From contig OZ024745.1 in the NCBI GenBank assembly GCA_964016885.1, forward strand, positions 16,616,001 through 16,680,000: a stretch of 64,000 bases of DNA, in the 5' to 3' direction. The translations under genes and the position numbers were made by a program. Source of the DNA: Eledone cirrhosa. Lineage: Eukaryota. Shown here in pieces: positions 26,409 to 37,236 of this stretch. Position 1 is the stretch's first letter. Each line of letters opens with the position of its first letter. A model generated the notes under the pieces. It did no database searches. It saw only the letters and a program-made list of their open reading frames with translations, and was not told the DNA's origin.

Positions 26409-26782
26409 ATGCACGCGATCTCACAAGCTGCATGGCTGAAACACGCCATTTGAAATATACACAAATATAAGAATAAATAGTTTGAAATAACATGGAAACA
26501 TCAAAACACTTCTGTTCACATTCGACTTCCTCCATATTTTATCTTTCAACGAACTATTTTCTTATTTCTTGAAGTGTAATAATTTTTTTTATTTGATGTA
26601 AATTTTCTTCAAATACTCTTGCTTACATTTCTAGGCCTATATTTTTTTATATCCACATTTTCTTTTGACTAAATGTCTTTCTATCAAATAGAGTTTACTT
26701 CTTTTTTATTACAGGATATATCCTTCATCTTTTTTCTAAATTCTGCATATTTTCATTGGAAGCAACAGAAACACACACCCAA

Positions 26783-26832
<50 letters not shown>

Positions 26833-26848
26833 GCACACACACACACAG

Positions 26849-26921
<73 letters not shown>

Positions 26922-26945
26922 TATATATAAATATAAATAAATATA

Positions 26946-26976
<31 letters not shown>

Positions 26977-27016
26977 GTGTGTGTGTGTGTGTGGGTGGGT
27001 GTGTGTGTATGTGTAT
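26783..27016. repeat. (CA)n(TA)n(TG)n microsatellite
   Basis: Direct observation. Confidence 0.95.
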
Positions 27017-27913
27017 AAAAATATCTAACCAAGAACTAAAGGTGAACTAAAAACTTGGCAAATATTATTTGAATGAATGCCATGCAGAAAAGATCAAAGC
27101 ATATCGCATAATATTGCGTAATTCATGTATACCTTTATAGGCTTTCAAAGTCCAAATAAATGAAACGGTACTCTGAAATCACTGCCATGATATTGCAGCT
27201 TTTGTTATTATTGTTGTTGATACTTCTTTCGTATATGGCGCCATAATGAGACTTCTGTTATGCAAATATATTCTTATATGAAAAAGCAGTTTTACTTAAG
27301 TGAAATTTAATTTCTTGATGTTGCGTTTCTCTTAAAATCATTCCTGATCTTCTCAGTATTTAGAACTTCAATATTTTGTTACACTTTGTTTTTCCACATA
27401 AACCAAACTTTTACATTATAGATAACTGTGCCACATCTTATTTAGCATTTCGTTTATATTTTATGGAGTTCTCTTTTTCACGGAAGCACAATCATTTTGA
27501 ATAATTCACACAGTTAGTGAATTCCAGTTATAAAAACATCATGTGTCCTATCAAATTTGTTTATGTATTTCCCATACCAAAATTAAAAGTTGCTTTATCT
27601 TAACACACTTTCTAATCTGTAAGAAATATGGCAGAAAGCAAGTATGTAGAGTAGATTAAATTTATATAACTAATGTGTATTGTATCAAGACATATTCATA
27701 TTTGTGTTTATTCAACGGCGTGAGCAGCCATACTTATACACGAACACGCTGTCTTTACACCTGAGAGTGACACTCTGCATAACCAATCATTTGTTTGATA
27801 AGGTTCTGTTTAAATCATGAAATAGAGGTTTCTGTAAAAGTTCAACGACTCATTAAAATAAATATCTTCAATCACATTAATTTAACCGATGTCTAATAAA
27901 TTTTAATTTCATC

Positions 27914-28312
27914 ATGAAAATATGAAAGTTGAATACATAGAGATACTAATATTCCTAGTATTTATTTAACTTCAATTGAGTATTCCCATGTAACACGTGC
28001 CAGTGAATCAGTGTCATTGAACCAGTGATTGTTATGTTATTCCCAAAATAAATGCCAAAACTAGTCGCAGACGCAGAAATGGTTTTGTAGATAAAGAAAT
28101 CGTTTTGCAACCATATGGTTTCTGGTTTACTATTCTACTACATCTGAGTGAAATTGGGGTGACGGACATAGCAGAACTCTGTCCTATATGTATATATATA
28201 TATATGTCCTATATGTATATATACATATATATATATATGGGAATACTCAATTGAAGTTAAATAAATGCTAGGAATATTAGTATCTCTATGTATTGAACTT
28301 TCATATTTTCAT
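27914..28312. repeat. 76-bp inverted repeat (27914-27989 / 28237-28312)
   Basis: ATGAAAATATGAAAGTT...TTGAGTATTCCCAT and its near-exact reverse complement; the right copy sits between TA tracts. Confidence 0.9.
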
Positions 28313-28463
28313 ATATATATATATATATATATATTATTAGGGTAAATATTGATGCAATTCAATTCAAGCACTCAACGTACTTTTTCCACATAGGAGTGAC
28401 GGAGTAAATATCGAATAAGGAAAAGCGAAGTAGTTTCAGATGTTCAAGTCCTTTAATAATAAT

Positions 28464-28537
28464 GTTGTGATATATATTTCAATGACGACACTGGCCCTAC
28501 TGTTCTGTGTGCGAGTGTCGTGTCATCATCAGACAGC
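28464..28537 (-). ncRNA. Inverted copy of the same hammerhead
   Basis: Reverse complement with intact core and one stem I mismatch (ACAAC). Confidence 0.75.
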
Positions 28538-29029
28538 TTGTTACATAATAAGGTTATGTTTCCGAAGCAATCCAAATTGAATCGACATGGGAACGGATGA
28601 AGTTCGTGCTTTTGGGTTTTTCATCCGTTCCCTTGTGAGTACCAATTCACCCCCACCGGTCTGCGCAAGCGCATGTCCGAAGGAAGTTGACCATTAGCCA
28701 CCGCAGATTTCAACGAAATTCGCTGTCAGTTCACCCTCTCAGCCAAAACAATGGCCCACCTATGCCCTACCAAAGTTTACTGCTACCCATCACGACTGTG
28801 GCAGTCAGCCGAAAGCCAGAGGGGATGGGAGGGTTAACTGACAGCGAATTTCGTTGAAATCTGCGGTGGCTAATGGTCAACTTCCTTCGGACATGCGCTT
28901 GCGCAGACCGGTGGGGGTGAATTGGTACTCACAAGGGAACGGATGAAAAACCCCAAAGCACGAACTTCATCCGTTCCCATGTCGATTCAATTTGGATTGC
29001 CTCGGAAACATAACCTTATTATGTAACAA

Positions 29030-29103
29030 GCTGTCTGATGATGACACGACACTCGCACTCAGAACAGTGTGGCCAGTGTCGTCATTGAAATATATATCAC
29101 AGC
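29030..29103 (+). ncRNA. Type I hammerhead ribozyme, canonical core, long stem II, minimal stem III
   Basis: GCTGT-CTGATGA-TGACACGACACT...AGTGTCGTCATT-GAA-AT ATAT AT-C-ACAGC. Perfect stem I, AUC triplet; the base of stem II is imperfect. Confidence 0.82.
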
Positions 29104-30332
29104 ATTATTATTAAAGTACTTTAACATCTGAAACTACTTCGCTTTTCCTTATTCGATATTTACTCCGTCACTCCTATGTGGAAAAAGTACGTTGAGTGCT
29201 TGAATTGAATTGCATCAATGTTTACCCTAATAATTTAGCTCCAATTAGTTGGGCGCTCTATGATGTAACCGATATGGTGGAGAAGAGAGCAACCAACCAA
29301 GAGCTACCCCGGAAATTCCCTCTACCATGGGGATGAAAATCCCTGACACTGGACGGGCATAATAGTAACTTTCGGCAGGATAAATACGCGGAAACAAAAA
29401 ATAAGATAAACCCCTATTTTCCTGCACCAAATCGTATTTGAACAGAAGCCCCCTCAATTCAATCTATACATGGACAGATGGACAATCATATGGATCATTT
29501 TGCATATATGTACTCCGTGTTTTTGCATTTATTCACTATTGGTTCTGTTCTTTTCTTTTCTTTTATGTACTTTATGTCTGTTTTTCTTTGATTTTGTTCC
29601 ATGTGATGGAAATTATGACTGTACCAGATTGACTAATGCCTTGAACCTTGTAGTTTGCCCTCCATTATAATGTACGGCACTGTCGTTCAATATGTGGATA
29701 GAGTAACTGTGAAACTAGAATCCCCCTCAGAACTTATTACTTAAACATCTCTCTCCATATTATTTACTCACTTCAATCAATATTTTTACTCAATCCGAAT
29801 TATCACTTGAAACATTTTTGAATTTCGAGTTTTTTAATTTTTTAATTGTTTAATTTATAATCTCTGATATTTGATTTAGGATTTTAATTTTTAATTTTTA
29901 TTTACAACTCTCACTCTTAACTTCCAATGTAAAAACATGGTACCTAGAATTAAGTTTATTTTCCCTTATAAGTTGATGGTCAGTCTTGCTGTCAACGCTT
30001 AGTGAAAGGTAGTATTATGACCTATAAAAACTAACACCCTCCCATCCCCTCTGGCTTTCGGCTGACTGCCACAGTCGTGATGGGTAGCAGTAAACTTTGG
30101 TAGGGCATAGGTGGGCCATTGTTTTGGCTGAGAGGGTGAACTGACAGCGAATTTCGTTGAAATCTGCGGTGGCTAATGGTCAACTTCCTTCGGACATGCG
30201 CTTGCGCAGACCGGTGGGGGTGAATTGGTACTCACAAGGGAACGGATGAAAAACCCAAAAGCACGAACTTCATCCGTTCCCATGTCGATTCAATTTGGAT
30301 TGCCTCGGAAACATAACCTTATTATGTAACAA

Positions 30333-30406
30333 GCTGTCTGATGATGACACGACACTCGCACACAGAACAGTGTGGCCAGTGTCGTCATTGAAATATATAT
30401 CACAGC
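30333..30406 (+). ncRNA. Direct-repeat copy of the 29030-29103 hammerhead
   Basis: Same sequence with one substitution in the stem II extension. Confidence 0.82.
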
Positions 30407-30459
30407 ATTATTATTAAAGGACTTGAACATCTGAAATTACTTCGCTTTTCCTTATTCGT

Positions 30460-30491
<32 letters not shown>

Positions 30492-30998
30492 ATTACATAA
30501 TGGTTTCTAATTTAGAAACCATTACACCCAAACAAGACAAGTAAATTTTTTGCGAGATTTTCAAACAAATTAACGAATAGGTTACCCGAGAAATTGTCAG
30601 TGGGTGGTGGGGAAAAACCCCATCCTACCTCATAGTATATAGAGCAGTAACATGATTGATTAATTTTTTGTGAAAATAAGATGTGCGAAAGACATATGAG
30701 GAAATAGATTAAATGATAGGATATTCGGTAGGTAAATATACATATGTGCTTGCAAGAGTCTAAATTCATCATTTACCAAAATCGCTCATATTTTCAACTG
30801 GTATGATATTCTAAAATTAAACGCGCTATATGCTTTATGAAATAAGCAATGTTGACTTCGTCATAGATACAATTTGTAAATCAATACACGTTATACGAGA
30901 TTTTGCGGGATTAAAAAGAAATAATTCATGATTCAACTACAAACATCTTTCTCACAAACTCCTAAATTAAATCAAACAAGTAGGAGTAGTTTAACATC

Positions 30999-31055
<57 letters not shown>

Positions 31056-31436
31056 CATGTATGTCTGTATGTGTATATAAAAGTGTGTATAGATAATATA
31101 TATATATGTGTGTGTGTATGCATACACACATTCACACACACGCACACACACACATATATAGTGAAACATGTGTTTGTGAGTTTGTGTGTGTATGCGTGTA
31201 TACATAGAGACTTTTAAATATCTTTCTTGTATGCAACATCAAACGTCTGTTTGTAATTATGGATTAGGTGTCGGTACTTAATGTGATAATTAGATAAAAC
31301 TTTCACCTCTTATACTTTATGTTCACTTTATATTCGTCATAAAACTAACATCCATTTCCTTCCCGATTGTGTAAATCACCAGATGTTTTCTAGTAGAAAC
31401 AAAATCAATTACTTTCAGTTTATAAGTAAAAATAAT

Positions 31437-31557
31437 AGTTTTTGCAATAGGCACAAGGCCAGCAATTATCCAAGTGTATTACTGGTACTTTATTTTATCG
31501 ACCCCCGTTAGGATGAAAGGCAAAGTTAACCTCGACGGGAGTTGAACTCAGAATGGC
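31437..31557 (-). mobile_element. 5'-truncated tRNA-SINE with 13-bp TSD
   Basis: Body matches the main SINE; AAGTAAAAATAAT at 31424-31436 and 31558-31570. Confidence 0.9.
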
Positions 31558-31766
31558 AAGTAAAAATAATGTTGACCTTTTAACAAAATAATGTATTTTG
31601 CTTATATATATTTATATTTGCTTATATATTTTTATATCAACCAAACATTAATTGGTGATTAAGAAAAAAATTATTACTCGGTCAGTAAAACAGAAATACA
31701 CAATGATGATTTTATAATTAAATAAGTTTTACGTAAGTGGATTTTAACACATATATATAAATATGA

Positions 31767-31998
31767 ATTAGAAATACAAGCTTTCGCTGTATTTTTGACT
31801 AAAAAAAATTAAGCCTGATAGTGGGGTTTAGAACCCTCATAGAAATGGAAAATTATGACGCCAATACACATATTTTTCCATTTCTTTGAGGCTTCTAAAC
31901 CCCACTATCAGGATTACATTTCTTTAGTCAAAATACAGCGAAAGCTTCTATTTCTAATATCAAACTCGCTCGCTGTTTCAAAACATAATTACCTGTCA
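31767..31998. mobile_element. Fold-back element, ~86-bp imperfect arms (31767-31853 / 31873-31958) plus short tail, between TA tracts
   Basis: ATTAGAAATACAAGCTTTCGCTGTATTTT...GTGGGGTTTAGAA pairs with TTCTAAACCCCAC...AAAATACAGCGAAAGCTTCTATTTCTAAT. Confidence 0.7.
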
Positions 31999-32017
31999 CA
32001 TATATATATATATATAT

Positions 32018-32397
32018 AATTTTAATATAGATGAGATTCTACAGGACTAGAACTGTTTCATTCTTTAGAAATCATCAAGAATCTGGCTGTTCAAAATAAA
32101 TATTGTGGTATTTATATCTTTTCTGGTGGTAGGAGAGGGTGGGGAGTGGGATGGGTGGAGGTCATTGGTTGAAAGAAAAGGGAATTCATTAAAACATAAT
32201 TCTTTAATTTATATTTAGAGTGACAAAGGCAGAAATAATTCTATAAACAAGTTTAAATTGGGGTGCCACTCCTTATTTTTAAGTTTCTCTTAAGCTAACA
32301 ATGCCTATATTTCAGGTATATATATATATATGAGCGTGAAATTAATAAACATTTGTTGTACTGCCTCTCTGTTTTGTCCCTGTTCAAATTTTTCCAT

Positions 32398-32469
<72 letters not shown>

Positions 32470-33042
32470 AATGTGTCTGTTGACACCTGTAATATAGCTT
32501 ACGAGAAACATGACAACAATGATAGGCACCCAATATTTGAACTGGTTTATAGAATTCTCTTGGCCTTTGTCACTCTAAAGAGAGCTTTAAAGAATTAGCT
32601 TTTAAAGAATTTCCCATTTCTTTAAATCCATCAACCATGACCGACCCCTCAACCATCTTATAGACACCTGAAATATAGGCATTTGTAGCTTAAGAGAAAC
32701 TTAAAAATAAGGAGTGACACCCCAATTTGAACTTATTTATGGAATTCTTTCTGCCTTTGTCACTCTAAATATAAATTATAGCCTTAAAGAATTAGATTTT
32801 AATGAATTCCCTTTTCTTTCAACCAATGACATCCACCCATCCCACTCCCCACCCTCTCCTACCACCTGAAAAGATATAAATACCACAACATTTATTTTGG
32901 ACAGCCAGATTCCTGATGATTTTAAAGAATGAAACAGTTCTACTCCTGTAGAATCTCATCTATATTAAAATTTGTATACTCTGATATGTATTGATTACCT
33001 TACTTACTGTGGTTACCTCCGATTCAACCCGGAATAACTTAC

Positions 33043-33045
<3 letters not shown>
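32018..33045. mobile_element. Penelope-like locus: inverted ~300-bp arms (32018-32317 / 32666-32972), diverged tandem partial copy (32481-32662), tail to (TA)n
   Basis: Arms align as reverse complements with scattered mismatches and both carry a hammerhead; microsatellite in the spacer. Confidence 0.8.
32907..32956 (+). ncRNA. Type I hammerhead ribozyme, canonical core
   Basis: AGATTC-CTGATGA-T TTT TAAA GAA T-GAA-ACAG(TTCTACTC)CTGT-A-GAATCT. 6-bp stem I, short stem II, 4-bp stem III, GUA triplet. The mirror copy 32034-32084 (-) has a C3U core change. Confidence 0.82.
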
Positions 33046-33118
<73 letters not shown>

Positions 33119-34243
33119 GCCTTCCTGCGGTCATGGTTTTCATTGACTTTATCAAGGCCTTAGATTCTGTGGACCGTCACTACCTGATGAAGATCTTACA
33201 GGCTTATGGAATCCCCAAGATGCTAGTGGACCTGATATCACTGCTCTACAGTAACACCAAAGCCCAAGCCATTACACCTGATGGGATGACAGAGTTCTTT
33301 GAGATACTGGCTGGAGTGCTCCAGTGAGATACATTGGCTCCCTACCTTTTTATCATCGTAGTGGACTATTGTATGCGCCTTGCACTGGAGAAACACCACG
33401 ACTCTGGCTTTACTGTAGCACCGGCTCAGAGCAGGAGAGTTAAGGCGAAAAATATATCGGATACTGAATTTGCCGACGACATTGTTTTGGTGACAAACAC
33501 AGTGAAGGAGGCAGAGGATTTGATGCAGGAGGTGGAGACTGTGTCGATGGGTGTGGGCTGAGAATGAATGAGATTAAGACAAAATATCTGGTAGAGAATA
33601 TTAAGAAGCAAGAGGGGATCACTAATGTAGGCGAGACGCCGCTAGAATTGGTTGATGACTTCCTGTATTTGGAGGCAAAGATTGGGAATACGGAGGATGA
33701 TGTGGTCGAGAGGAAGAGCAAAGCCTGAGTGGCGTGCCACAGCTTGAGATCGGTGTGGAAGTCGGACCTTCGTAAAGACCTGAAGATCCGCCTCTTCGTT
33801 TCTGTAGTGGAGTCTGTGCTGCTGCACGGGTCTGAGAGAGACTTGGACACTGACCAAGAAACTCACTCAGATGGTGGATGGGTGCTACACGATAATGTTG
33901 AGGATGGCTTTGAACATTAATCAGTATACACTGAGGATGAAAAACTCAGAGCTGTATGGGAGCCTCCCAAAAGTCCGCTCAAATGTGACACAGAGGAGAT
34001 TGAGGTTAGCTGGACATGCTCACCGACATCCAGAGTTGACATTGCACTCAGTGCTCCTGTGGGATCCCCTATATGGACACACTGGAAGAGGCAGACCGAA
34101 ATTAACATATGTTGATTCCCTAAGGAGAGACACTGGTCTGTTGGAGACGCAGGACATGGCAGAGACACTGAGGGGCAGAGACCGCTGGCGAGAACTCGTC
34201 CATGGATCTCGAGAATTTTACCCGCCCTAGATAGATAGACAGA
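33119..34243 (+). pseudogene. 5'-truncated, decayed RTE-like LINE reverse transcriptase and C-terminus
   Basis: FIDFIKALDSV, GVLQ*DTLAPYLF, FADD, DFLYL, RRLRLAGH, GRGRP, DRWR motifs across ORFs 33133-34230 with stops and frameshifts; (TAGA)n tail; no APE domain. Confidence 0.88.
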
Positions 34244-34265
34244 TGTGTGTGTGTGTGTGAAATAA

Positions 34266-34449
34266 TTGTTTCTACTTTTGGCACAAGGCCAGCAATTACC
34301 CAGTGCATTACTGGTACTTTATTATATCGACCTCGTAAGGATGAAAGGCAAAGTTAACCTCGGCGGGATTTGAACTCAGACGATAAAGGACTGTAACTCT
34401 ATGCTGCAAATCATGGTGTCCGACTCTCTACCGATACTGCCAATCCACC
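34266..34449 (-). mobile_element. tRNA-derived SINE (main family) with TSD
   Basis: Near-identical to 1222-1413; TGTGTGAAATAAT on both sides. Confidence 0.92.
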
Positions 34450-37057
34450 TGTGTGAAATAATGAAGAATAACACGGATAAGCTATAGAGTAGGGTTTATT
34501 TCAAGTATTAACATATGTTTCATTGTCTAATATGTGGTTGTATGTGTCTAAACATCGCTATCTGCAATGGTGTTGGGACACTCGATTTTAAATACTGCTT
34601 ATACCAGTCAAATCATTAAACTATATATATATATTTAGCGTTGTTGTGGTATATCTATGTCTATTGCCTTCGGTCGTTTTTCTTGGTGTCCCACTTTTCA
34701 ACTGATGTGCTTACTCTGGACGGTAATGCCTCAAACAACTAGAATAGTACCTGATATATGACAGCTATAACATAGATTCATACCTTATATATATATTTAT
34801 ATTTATTTATTTATTAAAATAACAGATTAAAGTTTAAGCAAAGAATCGCCGCTTTCACCCTTATCGGGATATTTTAGTCAGTCATTCTTGTATACATTCT
34901 TTCTACATTTAACATGCAGTGTTTTAAGGCAATGTTCTCTGCTATCTCAGATCTCGCGACAAGTTTATCCAATCTACCTTATTGTTTGCACCATACGTGC
35001 CCAAGCCCTAGCATTCCATTTCCTCATTCATCTATTCATATCGTTCTAGGTCTTATTCCTCTACAAACTAAATTGAACACAACTTGCTGATTGAATGAAT
35101 TACGTTTTGCTGTATATCCTGTAAATGGTTATAGGGTTTCATGAATATACTTCAGTCCATCTAGCTGATGACCTTACGAGAAGGTTGTAAAAATATCATG
35201 TTACGTCTAACAGGTACTGTATTTGGTGTCCTACCATTCGCATAAAAAAAAGATACCCTGCGTCTGTTCCAGGGGAGATCAGTAACATTTTATTATAGTA
35301 TATACAAACTTGGATTATGCTAAACTGTTAAGTCTAATTCGTATAAGAGTACATCCCTCTCACCATCCTCCAGGCAAACGCCTTCTCTTTCCTATATGCC
35401 GTGGACGCGAGGCGGCCAACACGTGGGCCTTCGTTTGTTTATAATAGTGAAAGATGGGGAAATCGAATGAGACGGTGGCAGTGAGTGAAAGAGAGGGAAA
35501 ATCAACACTTATTTACTTATTTATTTATATGTATAAAAGACAGCCAATAGTTATAAAGAGAAAATGTGATAACGATTATGATTAATATATTAATTCATGA
35601 TACAGTGACCCACATCTTTTGAAGAAATATATACGATGAGATCAATTCCCTTGTTATCTCTAACCAAGACTTATCAAGCCTCTGATATAACCATTCAGTT
35701 TGATTTTCATGTCGAGGATAAAATTCTCTCTGGTAAAGAATATTTACTTTACAAATATTATTATCCAAAATTGCTGTGGTGCACTAACTGAAATCATTAA
35801 TACAACTCATTAACGTACGCAGTTCCATAGAAATGAGTCTGGTCATTTGATAATTTGATCAGAGACCTTAACCTGCGTAAATTATAAATATACGTAATAT
35901 GCTCTTCTGACCATGCTCCGGAGAATGATATTGTTTTTCTGAATTAAACCCACTCAAGGCGATTATATTTTCTTGTCTGATGAGTAAAATCTGTGGTTTA
36001 ACCACTTTAAATATTCTTATGGTGAGGCTAAAAGCGTGTCTTTACTTAATAAAAAATGTCCATATGTTACATTTCAAATCGTCTTTATTATATAGCGTCA
36101 ATATAATATGTAATGTGTGATTTTATGATACTAACAAATGTTACAATAATATCTAACATTTCTCCAAACTTGAATATATTCGCAGTAATTAAAATAATCA
36201 GTTTTACTAAGACCAACCGTTACAATACGAAGATATTTAAAACAACAAACATATAACCAGCTGTCTCGCCAACAGCATAAAGAGATAGGCATTGCTAAAT
36301 AGAGCAAAAGTAAAGCTAGAATAAATAACATTAACAATGTCTGCAGCAAGAAACATCAGTGATTGTAACCATGGTTACAATGTAAATCAACAAAAAATAA
36401 ATAAAATAAAATAAAAAGGAAAGCAAGATATAAACAGGTTCAAGAAACGTTTGTCTCAATAACCAAATTAATTCTAGAGAATGTTGCCAAATGGCTTAAA
36501 CAAATTTATTGACGTCTCTAAATGTTACTGGCAGTTCTAAACACAAGTTCAACGCACGGTTTTGCCTAGTTGCTGGTTCGAAGGTAATCATTAGTTTTCA
36601 CCTCAATAGACCAGTTCTTTTGATATATTTTACTGGAGAATTCTCATGACATTTTAAAATAGATTCTATTACATTGAGATTTCCTTTTGAAAGTTGCTGG
36701 AAACTGACTCAATTTGCCATCTAAATCACTCTGTAGGAGGCCAATGTCTGAGAAAATAAGTGCACAGTAATGTGTGCACTAGCACATGTAAGTTCTTTCC
36801 AGACACAAATGGAACGAATATTTCATCTGATGTGCTTTGTAAACGTATTGAACATTTACTCCAAAGGTGGCCTCTCTTTTCATTACAAGCTACTCTTCTT
36901 TACCTGAAAGCTGAGATTAAAAGTGGGTGAACATACGTTAAACATAGTAAGCCACGACACAATTCAGACGAAAATAAACTATTCGAAAATTTTCCCAACT
37001 TACAAAGCATCGTAATCATATCCAGCTTCCTAATATAGACAATCGCTTATTATTATT

Positions 37058-37236
37058 AATTGGCAGTATCGGTAGAGGGTCGGACGTCATGCTTTCCAGC
37101 ATAGTTACGTGCCTTTACGATCTGAGTTCAAATCCCGTCGAGGTTAACTTTGCCTTTCATCCTTATGGGGTCGATAAAATAAAGTACCAGTAATGTACTG
37201 GTTAAATGCTGGCCTTGTGCCAACAGTAGAAACAAT
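37058..37236 (+). mobile_element. tRNA-derived SINE (main family)
   Basis: TGGCAGTATCGG A box, GAGTTCAAATCC B box; TTATTATTAATT on both sides. Confidence 0.92.

Larger units (their letters stand above)
28335..30458 (+). mobile_element. Non-autonomous Penelope-like / retrozyme-like element: inverted pLTR (28335-28834), partial pLTR (28836-29233), non-coding body, direct pLTR (30036-30458)
   Basis: 30139-30458 repeats 28836-29155 at a 1303-bp offset. 28335-28834 is the reverse complement of the pLTR plus tail. (TA)n on both sides, three hammerheads, no ORF over 70 aa. Confidence 0.85.

Noticed and set aside
29091-29098. Idea that the ATATATAT stem III left at the cleaved RNA 3' end anneals to the (TA)n target to prime insertion
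   Set aside because: Element ends lie 45-200 nt beyond the cut sites rather than at them, and other TA-inserted families have non-TA stem III.
35165-35192. CTGATGA-CCTT..AAGG hammerhead-like start
   Set aside because: No GAAA, stem III or stem I follows. Other isolated CTGATGA hits (~35977, 47061, 49766, 51585) fail likewise.
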